Counted from the stretch's first letter, positions 1 through 13,116 are shown. The stretch: 51,092 nt of DNA from an uncultured Parabacteroides sp. (GCA_947036995.1 CAMQTD010000001.1:1-51092), one strand, 5' to 3'. Made by a program: numbers and translations. The notes: generated from the letters alone by a model not told the origin.

Positions 1-297
1 ATACACAGTAGTCTGTTTCCGGAAAGCTAATTCGGTTGCATTTAGGTCGAATGTGTTTTTATCGCTTACAGATCGACCTACCATTGCTTCTCATTTCCAC
101 TACATACTAAACTGATTTTTGATTTGCATTTGCAGCATGTGCATTTACAAATTTGAGACGTTTTCTTTTTTTTTGGCGAAGCTCTTCGAGAAATTTCAAC
201 AAGAATTTCGTGTATTAAATTTAATATAATTAATACTAGAATAAATTATATATTTATTCTATATTAAGAAGGATTGGCACCTCGTTGACGCAGGCGT

Positions 298-432
298 GCG
301 AACAACTAGCGAAACAAAAAAGAGTTGTTCTTCTAAAGCAAATTATCTGTTTGATAAATAAAAAGTTACAGCAAATAAAAGCGTTAACTTTATTTATAAC
401 AACTAGCGAAGAACTAGTGAACAACTAGCGAA
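298..432. repeat. Iteron-like direct repeats: AACAACTAGCGAA at 301-313, 398-410 and 420-432, plus degenerate GAACTAGTGAA at 411-421. The first copy lies in a small hairpin GAACAACT (300-307) / AGTTGTTC (323-330).
   Basis: Read directly from the sequence. Three identical 13-mers lie within 135 bp of AT-rich non-coding DNA, 115-250 bp upstream of the 548-940 ORF. Confidence 0.8.
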
Positions 433-547
433 CGATTGACGCTTTTTTAATGAAAAAATTACTATATTTACAGCGTTAATACGGATAGAAGAATGCATTT
501 GCAAACAAGATTTTGAAGATAATATTAAACCATATAATAGAGAAATT

Positions 548-940
548 ATGAATCCAAAAGAGACACAACCTACAGCCGAATTCAACATCTGGGGGACAGG
601 GTATGTAAAAATTCCACGCAGCATATTGAATATGCTTGGATCGCCTATCGCTTGCGAGCGGAATAGGGCAATACTATTGATCCTTCTTTTTTCTAAAGCC
701 TTTTTCAAAGATGGAGTTGTACATGTATGCAACACGACTTACCCTTGCGAACGAGGCAGCTGCATCATAAACGTTCCCGAGATCTCGGCAGCTGCCAATT
801 TCCAAAAATATGCTGGATACCGCTACCTGAACGACCTCAAAAGTGCAGGATGGATACAAACCGAACGTGTTGGTTATGCTACAAAGGTCAAAATTATCGG
901 ATTTGATAGCTTTATGCGGGGGGATGGGTTTGTATGGTAA
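548..940 (+). CDS. Small winged-helix DNA-binding protein, Rep/HTH_36-like (hypothetical)
   Basis: 130-aa ATG ORF. The N-terminal GYVKIPRSILNML segment followed by a helix-turn-wing (ISAAANFQKYAGYRYLNDLKSAGWIQTERVGYATKVKI) resembles replication-initiator/HTH_36-type proteins. Function is not recognised with certainty. Confidence 0.45.
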   Translation: MNPKETQPTAEFNIWGTGYVKIPRSILNMLGSPIACERNRAILLILLFSKAFFKDGVVHVCNTTYPCERGSCIINVPEISAAANFQKYAGYRYLNDLKSAGWIQTERVGYATKVKIIGFDSFMRGDGFVW

Positions 941-1003
941 CCAAATATATCAACACATGGTATTAATAAATCTGCTTGATTTTTTTACCCCAATCTAAAG
1001 TCG

Positions 1004-1011
1004 TACTTTTG
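1004..1011 (+). promoter_or_regulatory. Bacteroidetes-type -7 box TACTTTTG upstream of pabB
   Basis: Matches the TAnnTTTG consensus. It ends only 4 nt before the ATG at 1016, implying a leaderless or near-leaderless mRNA or a downstream start. Confidence 0.4.
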
Positions 1012-1015
1012 TTCT

Positions 1016-1984
1016 ATGATTACGGCATTAGAGGTTATAGATAGGATTAATTGTGCTGCCACCAAAGGCATGCCTTTTCTTTTTGGGGTAGACTATGAGT
1101 TGGAAAATGGATTCTTTATTGAGCATCCCTTAGACGATACGTCCCTTATGTGGCGTGTAGGTAAATACACAAATGTATCGACACAAACCACATGTAGTCA
1201 AAAAGCAGGTACATATTTACATAAGTATCCTGTCTCTTTTGATGCATATAAACAGAAGTTTGATGCCCTACAAGCAGAACAATTACAGGGTAACTCTTTT
1301 CTCGCTAATCTAACCATTCAAACACCCATTGAAACAGATTATGCGTTAGAGGAACTCTTTCTGCGGAGCAATTCGCCTTATGCATTGTTGATTCCCAATC
1401 AGCTGGTATGCTTCTCTCCTGAGACTTTTATAAAGGTGGCTAACGGAAAAATTAGCTCAAACCCCATGAAAGGAACAATCAGTGCCTCCATACCCAATGC
1501 CGAAGCACAGATACTCAGCGACTACAAAGAGCAAGCAGAACATTTTACAATTGTCGATTTTATCCGTAACGACCTTAGCCGCGTAGCAGAACAAGTGCGT
1601 GTAGAGAAACTTCGGTATATTGATCGATTACAAACATCAAACGGAGAACTACTTCAGGTAAGTTCGCTCATAACAGGATGTTTAAATAAAATAAAGTTGG
1701 GCGATATGCTTTTCGAACTGCTTCCTGCTGGATCTATATCAGGAGCGCCCAAAAAGTCTACCGTAAACCTATTGCAACGTATCGAAAAGCAAAAAAGAGG
1801 GTTCTATACAGGTGTATTTGGTTATTTTGATGGTAAAGATTTAGATACTAGCGTAATGATTCGATACATCGAACAGCTCGACGATCAACTATTCTTTAGA
1901 AGCGGTGGAGGTATTACTGTAAATAGTAATGTGCAGTGTGAGTATCAAGAGGTGATTGACAAAATTTATCTTCCATTCGTATGA
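1016..1984 (+). CDS. pabB: Aminodeoxychorismate synthase component I (short chorismate-binding enzyme)
   Basis: Chorismate-binding family motifs PAGSISGAPK, RGFYTGVFGYFD and SGGGIT. It is coupled to a class IV aminotransferase-fold gene by an ATGA overlap. Confidence 0.8.
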   Translation: MITALEVIDRINCAATKGMPFLFGVDYELENGFFIEHPLDDTSLMWRVGKYTNVSTQTTCSQKAGTYLHKYPVSFDAYKQKFDALQAEQLQGNSFLANLTIQTPIETDYALEELFLRSNSPYALLIPNQLVCFSPETFIKVANGKISSNPMKGTISASIPNAEAQILSDYKEQAEHFTIVDFIRNDLSRVAEQVRVEKLRYIDRLQTSNGELLQVSSLITGCLNKIKLGDMLFELLPAGSISGAPKKSTVNLLQRIEKQKRGFYTGVFGYFDGKDLDTSVMIRYIEQLDDQLFFRSGGGITVNSNVQCEYQEVIDKIYLPFV

Positions 1985-2556
1985 TCTATCTCGAAAGTAT
2001 TCAAGTAAGCAATGGCGAATTTTGTAACCTATCGTTACATATTGATCGCATGCAGCGGACCATCGGCAAGGTGTTACCATTGAATCTTGTTGTACCCGAA
2101 ATATATTGCACAGGCATTGCAAAATGCCGAATCTTATACAACGAGCAACGCATTATTGAGATCGGTTATCAGCACTATACGCTACCAAAAATTAAAACGC
2201 TCCGCATACTAGAAGCGCCAGCATTAGCATATAACTATAAATGGGCAGATCGTTCTGCCCTCAATGCCTTAATGATGCAACGTGGCACATGTGATGATAT
2301 ACTGATTACTCAAAATGGTTACGTTACAGACACCAGCTTCTGCAATATTGTATTTGAATCGAAAGAGGGACTTTTCACCCCTACAACCGCCCTTTTGCAA
2401 GGAACAAAGCGTCAACTATTATTGAATAAAGGGGTAATAAAGCAACGCGCCATCAGCAGTCACAATTTAGTTGAGTACGATAAAGCATACCTTATCAATG
2501 CAATGATCGATTTATCTGATAAGATCTGTATCGAAATAGAAAGTATATATCCATAA
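1981..2556 (+). CDS. pabC: Aminodeoxychorismate lyase / class IV aminotransferase-fold protein
   Basis: 191 aa. The start overlaps the pabB stop (ATGA at 1981-1984). Size and context are typical of Bacteroidales pabC. Confidence 0.7.
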   Translation: MIYLESIQVSNGEFCNLSLHIDRMQRTIGKVLPLNLVVPEIYCTGIAKCRILYNEQRIIEIGYQHYTLPKIKTLRILEAPALAYNYKWADRSALNALMMQRGTCDDILITQNGYVTDTSFCNIVFESKEGLFTPTTALLQGTKRQLLLNKGVIKQRAISSHNLVEYDKAYLINAMIDLSDKICIEIESIYP

Positions 2557-2600
2557 AAAAAGCCGTGCAATCTGCTAAATAAAGATGCACGGCTTTTTTA
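2555..2600. terminator. Bidirectional intrinsic terminator between convergent pabC and the EEP gene
   Basis: Stem AGCCGTGCA (2561-2569) / TGCACGGCT (2586-2594), flanked by an A-run on the left and a T-run on the right. Confidence 0.8.
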
Positions 2601-2607
2601 ATATTCC

Positions 2608-3549
2608 CTATTTTAGTTTAAACGTACTCAACACAAAACCATGATCGGAGGCGTAGAAAAAGTTTTCGTTTTTGAATGCGAGTAACTTCCCTAATTCTTG
2701 ATTGTAGGTTTCTGAGTGGGTAGCTTCGATTGTATTTCCTTTATAGTAGATATAATCGATACGATCTTCTCGCTTTTGTTTTAAATCTCTTTCAAGACCA
2801 TAAATCCATGTTGTACCAATGTTTTTTACTGGATCGGGATTGATTGTTCGATAACTATCTTTAAAGCCAGCCTTCTCCATCTCTTTCGAAACAGTCCAAT
2901 CTACAACAGCGCCGCCATGATTGTAAAGGTTTTTGGTAGCTTCGGTCCAATCTAAATGCGAGTGCGAATTGAAATCTCCTCCCATAATCAACGGGATACT
3001 ATCTGTTTGCGCTAAAAAAGGTTGCAATATCTCTATTATTTTGCGAGCCTCATCATCTCTACTACCAGCATCATCCCACGCCAAGATCTCTTCGCTTGAT
3101 TTTTCGCAAGGCGCAAGTCTTGTATCCGGAAGATAATGTAGCCAAGTATCAAACAGGCGTACCTTCTGCCCATTCATATCAATCTCCACCCCACCGAAGT
3201 TAAAGGTCGAAATCGCTGGAAATGTATATGTTTTTGTGATCGGGTAACGACTGTAAATACTTAGATTACTCGACAACAGGCGGTGATAATACCCCAAATA
3301 ATCGGCTACTTGATCCGAAGCGCCATAGGTTTCGATCATTAAAATAACATCAGCATTGCTTTTCTTTAAAATATCGAGCGTACCTTCGCATCCTTTTGCT
3401 GGATACGCTTTGGAATGACCTCCATGCCAAATATTCCAAGCCATTACTTTCAGCTCCTTAGGATTATTGACTGGTGCTGACGTGCAGCTACTAAATAGCA
3501 TGCAACTAATACTAAACAATGTAATTAAAATGGGTTGGTTCATCTTCAT
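2608..3549 (-). CDS. Secreted endonuclease/exonuclease/phosphatase (EEP) family hydrolase, lipoprotein
   Basis: EEP-like pattern (MAWNIWHGG near the N-terminus, GGDFNS, SDHGFV near the C-terminus) and signal peptide with lipobox LFSSC. I place the start at ATG 3549 because the ORF-track TTG at 3573 lies inside the -7 box. Confidence 0.75.
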   Translation of the reverse strand: MKMNQPILITLFSISCMLFSSCTSAPVNNPKELKVMAWNIWHGGHSKAYPAKGCEGTLDILKKSNADVILMIETYGASDQVADYLGYYHRLLSSNLSIYSRYPITKTYTFPAISTFNFGGVEIDMNGQKVRLFDTWLHYLPDTRLAPCEKSSEEILAWDDAGSRDDEARKIIEILQPFLAQTDSIPLIMGGDFNSHSHLDWTEATKNLYNHGGAVVDWTVSKEMEKAGFKDSYRTINPDPVKNIGTTWIYGLERDLKQKREDRIDYIYYKGNTIEATHSETYNQELGKLLAFKNENFFYASDHGFVLSTFKLK

Positions 3550-3570
3550 GGTCGACTTTAATTTAGTAAG

Positions 3571-3578
3571 CAAAGATA
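3571..3578 (-). promoter_or_regulatory. -7 box TATCTTTG (minus strand) for the EEP gene
   Basis: The reverse complement of CAAAGATA matches TAnnTTTG, 22 nt upstream of ATG 3549. Confidence 0.5.
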
Positions 3579-3737
3579 TAGATAATTTGCCTGTTTTGAT
3601 AACACCTGAATTCTTTTCTTAAATTTACACCTTAAATATACCAGGAATTAGGCTTTTAAATTAAATAAAAAACAATATCTCTTAATACATTTGCAAAACA
3701 AATACCTCATAAACTTTATTTAATGAAACTATTATCT

Positions 3738-3745
3738 TATTTTTG
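3738..3745 (+). promoter_or_regulatory. -7 box TATTTTTG for the nagK-like/GH20/GH2 operon
   Basis: TAnnTTTG match 42 nt upstream of ATG 3787. A second candidate, TACATTTG, lies at 3686-3693. Confidence 0.5.
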
Positions 3746-3786
3746 CTACGAATTTCATTCTTTAAAATTGACTTTAAATTATACAC

Positions 3787-4641
3787 ATGATACTCATTGC
3801 AGATAGTGGTTCGACAAAAACGATGTGGTGCTTAGTTAACAGACTAGGCACTATTGTTATGCAGTTTTGCAGCAATGGGATTAACCCCTATTTTCAGCAT
3901 GTAGAAGCTATCGCAACCGAAATCAAGGACAATGTAGCGCCTCAACTCCTACCCCATACCATCAGCGCCATTCATTATTATGGAGCAGGATGTGGCAATG
4001 AGTCGGCATGCAACCAAGTTAAACAAGCACTGTTGACCTGTTTTGCGCCACAAACAATAACCATACAAGGAGATCTGATTGCCGCAGCACATGCTTTATG
4101 TGGACATAACGAAGGCGTTGCGTGTATTTTAGGAACAGGCTCGAACTCCTGTTTATATAATGGTGAGCAGATAGTAGAGAACACACCACCTCTAGGCTAT
4201 CTTTTGGGCGATGAGGGTAGTGGCGCTTCGCTCGGCAAACAACTGTTGAGCGACTGCTTTAAACACCAAATGCCTAAAGAGTTGGCACAAGCGCTTTGCG
4301 AAACATACCAGTTAGATACGAATAAACTGTTGGAACAGGTATACAAACAGCCTAATCCCAACCGCTTTTTAGCCAGTTTTTCTCTATTTATGTATCAGCA
4401 TAAAACGCATCCCTATATACATGCATTGATTAAAGATGGATTTACCGCTTTTCTGAAACGCAATGTAATGGCTTATAACCGTACAGATTTACCCATACAC
4501 AGTATTGGCTCTATTGCATACTATTATAAAGATATACTTCGAGAGGCCACCGAGGCTTGTGGTTTACAGCTTGGAACGGTTATTCAAACTCCAATGGAGG
4601 GTTTAATCTATTTCCATACCAACAAACCACTAAACGATTAA
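3787..4641 (+). CDS. N-acetylglucosamine kinase-like ATPase (BadF/BadG/BcrA/BcrD family)
   Basis: ASKHA-fold phosphate motifs IADSGSTKT at the N-terminus and ILGTGSNS. It sits next to GH20 and GH2 genes. Confidence 0.75.
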   Translation: MILIADSGSTKTMWCLVNRLGTIVMQFCSNGINPYFQHVEAIATEIKDNVAPQLLPHTISAIHYYGAGCGNESACNQVKQALLTCFAPQTITIQGDLIAAAHALCGHNEGVACILGTGSNSCLYNGEQIVENTPPLGYLLGDEGSGASLGKQLLSDCFKHQMPKELAQALCETYQLDTNKLLEQVYKQPNPNRFLASFSLFMYQHKTHPYIHALIKDGFTAFLKRNVMAYNRTDLPIHSIGSIAYYYKDILREATEACGLQLGTVIQTPMEGLIYFHTNKPLND

Positions 4642-4674
4642 AAAAACTATTATACATATTAAATTAAAAGACTA

Positions 4675-6294
4675 ATGCATTTAAAAACGATCGCACTTAC
4701 ACTGTTTACATGCTTATTTATAAGTTGTACGCCCGAACCAATTGTTGAGTATCAACTAATCCCTGCACCACAAAATGTAGCGTATACCAATGGTGTATAT
4801 TCTTTTGATAAAGAAACTACAATCGCTTTTGCCCCAGCTTTAGAATCGGAGGCAAAACTATTAAGCACGTATTTAACGCAATTAGGATGTGAAGTTTCAC
4901 TCGCTCCTAACGCTAAAAAAGGCGATGTAGTGTTGCGTGAAGCGGCAGACTTTAAACCAGAACGCCCCAATGGATATAAACTTACAACCCATGCTGATGG
5001 TGTTGAGATTGTATCAAACAGTGCAAATGGAGTATTTAATGGTATTCAAACACTCCGTCAGGCTATCCGATCGGTAGAGAACGAATTGCAAATTCAGCAT
5101 GCTGTTGTAACAGACTATCCTGCTTTTGCTTGGCGCTCGTTTATGCTAGACGAGGGTAGACACTTCAAAGGCATGGCGGTAGTTAAAGATCTTCTGGACG
5201 AAATGGCTCTTTTGAAAATGAACGTATTCCAGTGGCACCTTACCGAAGATCAAGGCTGGCGTATCGAGATTAAAAAGTATCCAAAGTTAACCTCTGTTGG
5301 TTCGTACCGCGATTCTACAGAGATTAACCATTTTCATAGTAAAGTTTTTGATGGCAAACCACACAGCGGATTCTATACTCAAGAGCAGATCAAAGAGATT
5401 GTTGCTTATGCAGCAGCGCGCCACATCCTTGTAGTACCCGAAATCGAATTGCCCGGACATGCAAGTGCAGCTATTGCAGCGTATCCTTGGTTAGGCGTAA
5501 CAGGCAAACAGATCAAAGTTCCTTGCTATTTCGGTGTGCAATATGATGTTTTTGATGTAACAAAACCAGAAGTATTGACATTCTTCAATGATGTAATCGA
5601 CGAAGTTATAAGCCTATTCCCATCTCCTGTAATCCATATCGGTGGAGACGAAGTACGCTACAATCAGTGGTCTGCCTCATCGAAGGTAAAAGCATACATG
5701 AAAAAGAATGGATTAAAGTCGCCTGCAGAGCTTCAAGTATTCTTCACAAACAATATCTCGAACCTATTAGCATCTAAAGGTAAGCGTATGATTGGTTGGA
5801 ACGAGATAACAGGAGATAAGATCAACCACTTTCAATCAGACGAAGATACTAAGCTATCACAAAAGTTGGCAGATGGAACAATTGTACAATTCTGGAAAGG
5901 AGACCCTAAGCTAATGGTAACAACGGCAGAGAAGGGGTATGATATTGTAAACTCATTCCACGAATACACCTACTTAGACTATTCTGACGAAAGCATCCCT
6001 TTGAGTAAAGCATACGCCTTTAGTGTAATCCCTGAGGGTTTATCGAAGAAACACGAAGCTAAGATATTAGGTTTAGGCTGCCAAATGTGGGGCGAATTTA
6101 TCCCTACAACTGAAAGTATGAACCTCAAAGTATATCCACGCATAGCTGCCTATGCTGAAAATGGATGGACACTGCCAAGCCTTAAGAATTACGACCGCTT
6201 TATGCAAGCACTTCCATTCTTTTTAAACAGATGGGAAGCTGCTGGTAAGAAAATCGGCGCTATAGAATCTCCTGTTAAGGAAGAGAAAAAATAA
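4675..6294 (+). CDS. GH20 beta-N-acetylhexosaminidase, lipoprotein
   Basis: Lipobox LFISC. GH20 catalytic region has LPGH and HIGGDEV (Asp-Glu pair), plus QWHLTEDQGWR. Confidence 0.9.
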   Translation: MHLKTIALTLFTCLFISCTPEPIVEYQLIPAPQNVAYTNGVYSFDKETTIAFAPALESEAKLLSTYLTQLGCEVSLAPNAKKGDVVLREAADFKPERPNGYKLTTHADGVEIVSNSANGVFNGIQTLRQAIRSVENELQIQHAVVTDYPAFAWRSFMLDEGRHFKGMAVVKDLLDEMALLKMNVFQWHLTEDQGWRIEIKKYPKLTSVGSYRDSTEINHFHSKVFDGKPHSGFYTQEQIKEIVAYAAARHILVVPEIELPGHASAAIAAYPWLGVTGKQIKVPCYFGVQYDVFDVTKPEVLTFFNDVIDEVISLFPSPVIHIGGDEVRYNQWSASSKVKAYMKKNGLKSPAELQVFFTNNISNLLASKGKRMIGWNEITGDKINHFQSDEDTKLSQKLADGTIVQFWKGDPKLMVTTAEKGYDIVNSFHEYTYLDYSDESIPLSKAYAFSVIPEGLSKKHEAKILGLGCQMWGEFIPTTESMNLKVYPRIAAYAENGWTLPSLKNYDRFMQALPFFLNRWEAAGKKIGAIESPVKEEKK

Positions 6295-6325
6295 ACAACC
6301 GAATTAGATTAAACTATAATTTTAA

Positions 6326-10366
<4,041 letters not shown>

Positions 10367-10392
10367 TAGGGCTTTAAAGTTCTTATATCAAC

Positions 10393-10440
10393 AAACGCCC
10401 CAACTGTAAACGATGGTTTACGGTTGGGGCGTTTTGCTTT
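10393..10440. terminator. Strong hairpin terminator between convergent GH2 and radical SAM genes
   Basis: 19-nt arms AAACGCCCCAACTGTAAAC (10393-10411) / GTTTACGGTTGGGGCGTTT (10416-10434) with one G-U position, followed by a T-rich tail. Confidence 0.85.
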
Positions 10441-10486
10441 TAGCGCATAAAAGATTATTGCTATGCAAGGGCGTATCTGTTAGTAT

Positions 10487-12679
10487 CTACAATAAATAGA
10501 GTCCATTCTCGCGCAAACAATCTAACTCCTCACTGTTCCAAAACAGATTAAATGGCTCTTTAATTGAGAGTGCTTTATACTGCTCTACCGCCGTTTTAAG
10601 TTGGACAGGGGCAACAGCTAATTGATCGAACAGCTCTTTCAAGAATGTAGCTTGATTGGCATCAAAAGAGAGTTGAGCCTCTTCGGTCAATGTTTGCAAC
10701 GTCCATAAGCCTGAGCGACTCGCATCGCTACCGGTCCAGATAAATTCGGGAAGTTCTCCTAACCAATAGATTTTCTTTGTAAGCAAGTTTTCTAGTGGTT
10801 CTGGTTTGTCAAGCAGACTTTCGATGTATTGAGGCAATATGGTGGTACGTGGCACTTTGACCTTAAACCATTTTTGCAATGGGATATCAAATCCTATATC
10901 GTGCATATAGTTATACAACGAAACACGTAGTCCTTCAGAGAAAAGCTCATGCTGGCAACCTACGGTGTCAGTAAAAGGTATATCATTACGTGCAAATCCT
11001 TGGAAAGGCGATTCGTTCGATTTCACGGAAAATGCAGCAGGATCAAGTCCTACAGGGCTATGCGCAGTCATGGCAAAGCGATGCCAGAAAGCGGATTGAA
11101 TCAGTCCATTCTCGAACAGCTGACGCACTACTTCTAAAGAGTCTATAGTCTCTTGTGCTGTCTCGGTTGGAAATCCATACATCAGATAGGCATGTACTAA
11201 AACCCCTGTGGCTGCAAAATGGCTGGTAACTTCGGCTACCTGCTCTACAGTTACACCTTTGTTGATAAGTTTAAGCAAGCGAGGAGAGGCAACCTCTAAC
11301 CCACCCGATACGGCAATACATCCTGAGGCTTTCAGTAAGCGACAGAGCGAAAGGGTATAACTCTTTTCGAAACGGATATTACCCCACCAAACTACTTGAA
11401 GGTTTCGTTTCAGAATTTCAAGTGCTAGCTCTTTCAGTAGTGTGGGTGGTGCAGCCTCGTCTACAAAGTGAAAGCCGATTTCGCCAGTTTGTGCAATCAT
11501 CTGCTCCATGCGGTCTACCAACATAACTGCGGTATTGGCTTCGTAGCGTTGGATGTAATCTAACGAGCCATCGCAAAAGCTGCATTTGCCCCAATAACAA
11601 CCATGGGCTAGGGTTAATTTGTTCCATCTTCCATCACTCCAAAGCTTATGCATTGGATTCACTACTTCGATAACTGAGATATAGCTATCGAGTAACAAAT
11701 CACTATAATCGGGCGTGCCAACTGCTGTTTGCTTAAGCACTGGGATTTGTTCATTATTATAATATACAACTGCCGAACGGGATTCGTTGAGTGTAAATGT
11801 GCGTACTAACTGTGATTGGTCTACCTCGTTTAATAGATAACGGTTCAATTGAAGTAAAGGTACTTCGCCATCGTCTAACAGTAGGTAATCGATATAATCG
11901 AATAGCCTAACATCTGTAACACCGCGCAACTCGGTATTTACAAATCCACCTCCCATAATTACAGGTAGGGTTGGATAGTGCTCTTTGACCCATTGCGCAC
12001 AGCGTAATGCACTGTATAAGTTGCCCGGAAAAGGGACACTTAAAGCAAGTACACGTGGTGAGCATGTTTCAATCTTCTCCTTCAAGAGTTTTATGTACAG
12101 GTTATCAATCAGACTTAATGGGTTTGTCAGTGCTGCAGCTAAAGCATCGAAAGAGGAGGCACAGCGCCCTAACTGTTCGGCATAACGGCTAAATCCAAAT
12201 TGACTGTCTACTGCCTCTTTTATAAAGTCGGACAAATCCTCTAAGTATAATGTAGCCATGAAACGTGCTCTATCACGCATCCCCATGCTACCGAATGCCC
12301 AATCTAAATCTTCGTTTTGTTGTGCAAAACGCCCTGCTTCGGGCAAATAATCTCCTGCAACAATACGCGTAACAAGTGTATCTTGCTTTCCTTGCAAAAA
12401 GAGAATAACAGCCTCTATTGTTTGAATATACTGTTTGCGGAGTGCCAAAATTCGAATACCATTATCGGATAGGCTTTTATTATCTGCTGCGGCATCAAAC
12501 AGTGCTGTTAGTCCTGTTTTAGAAAATAGCGCCAAGATAACCTCCAAACTCAAATCCATCTGAAAAGATGCGATCTCTTGTTGGTTTAAAAAACCTTTTA
12601 AATATGTTGTAGAAGGATAAGGTGTATTCATTTGTGTGAATGGTGGTAACACCAAAAGAATCGGCTCTGAGGCTTGCAT
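10487..12679 (-). CDS. B12-binding-domain-like radical SAM protein, function unknown
   Basis: 730 aa. The N-terminal Rossmann-like module (ILLVLPPF..., ALSVPFPGN..., VIMGGGF) is typical of class B radical SAM enzymes. The cluster motif is HGCYWGKCSFC, and there is a ~180-aa C-terminal extension. Confidence 0.75.
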   Translation of the reverse strand: MQASEPILLVLPPFTQMNTPYPSTTYLKGFLNQQEIASFQMDLSLEVILALFSKTGLTALFDAAADNKSLSDNGIRILALRKQYIQTIEAVILFLQGKQDTLVTRIVAGDYLPEAGRFAQQNEDLDWAFGSMGMRDRARFMATLYLEDLSDFIKEAVDSQFGFSRYAEQLGRCASSFDALAAALTNPLSLIDNLYIKLLKEKIETCSPRVLALSVPFPGNLYSALRCAQWVKEHYPTLPVIMGGGFVNTELRGVTDVRLFDYIDYLLLDDGEVPLLQLNRYLLNEVDQSQLVRTFTLNESRSAVVYYNNEQIPVLKQTAVGTPDYSDLLLDSYISVIEVVNPMHKLWSDGRWNKLTLAHGCYWGKCSFCDGSLDYIQRYEANTAVMLVDRMEQMIAQTGEIGFHFVDEAAPPTLLKELALEILKRNLQVVWWGNIRFEKSYTLSLCRLLKASGCIAVSGGLEVASPRLLKLINKGVTVEQVAEVTSHFAATGVLVHAYLMYGFPTETAQETIDSLEVVRQLFENGLIQSAFWHRFAMTAHSPVGLDPAAFSVKSNESPFQGFARNDIPFTDTVGCQHELFSEGLRVSLYNYMHDIGFDIPLQKWFKVKVPRTTILPQYIESLLDKPEPLENLLTKKIYWLGELPEFIWTGSDASRSGLWTLQTLTEEAQLSFDANQATFLKELFDQLAVAPVQLKTAVEQYKALSIKEPFNLFWNSEELDCLRENGLYLL

Positions 12680-12719
12680 ATTTCTTTATATTTAGTTAGT
12701 TGGGAGATGTTTTAAGAAA

Positions 12720-12727
12720 CAAATATA
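12720..12727 (-). promoter_or_regulatory. -7 box TATATTTG (minus strand) for the radical SAM gene
   Basis: The reverse complement of CAAATATA matches TAnnTTTG, 41 nt upstream of ATG 12679. Confidence 0.5.
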
Positions 12728-12867
12728 CGAGATTTTATCATAATTTACAGGAATAAGCCATTTTTAAATTTACATAAATGTTTATTCACTTGCAATTTTA
12801 ATCAACATAATGCAGCTAAATATGTCAGATTTAACAGGCAAACTATTTTTTTTTCAAATAAACCTAT

Positions 12868-12875
12868 TATCTTTG
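12868..12875 (+). promoter_or_regulatory. -7 box TATCTTTG for susC/susD
   Basis: TAnnTTTG followed by C, as in many Bacteroides promoters. It predicts a leader of about 235 nt before ATG 13117. Confidence 0.5.
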
Positions 12876-12935
12876 CGACACAAAACAAAACTAAAACAGA
12901 GAATAATTTATAATTTAATCAAAAATACAAGTAAC

Positions 12936-12990
12936 AAAGCATTTAACTAAAGCATTTAACAAAATATAGATTTAACATTTAACAAAATAT
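12936..12990 (+). repeat. Tandem direct repeats in the susC leader: AAAGCATTTAAC x2 (12936-12947, 12949-12960) and ATTTAACAAAATAT x2 (12954-12967, 12977-12990)
   Basis: Read directly from the sequence. The TTTAAC core occurs four times in 55 nt. Confidence 0.8.
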
Positions 12991-13116
12991 TGCTTAATGT
13001 AAAAATTAAGCCTTAACCGCAATAAGCTACAATCTTGTTGTAAACTCTTTTTATGCGATTAACAGTCGCATTTTTAAACTTAATTGTTCGTCTTTCATTA
13101 ATCAAAATTCATCAGT

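Noticed and set aside
403-859. Minus-strand ORFs 403-735 (110 aa) and 674-859 (61 aa)
   Set aside because: They overlap the iteron repeats and the plus-strand 548-940 ORF in antisense. They have no recognisable motifs and a low-complexity, hydrophobic composition typical of shadow frames in AT-rich DNA.
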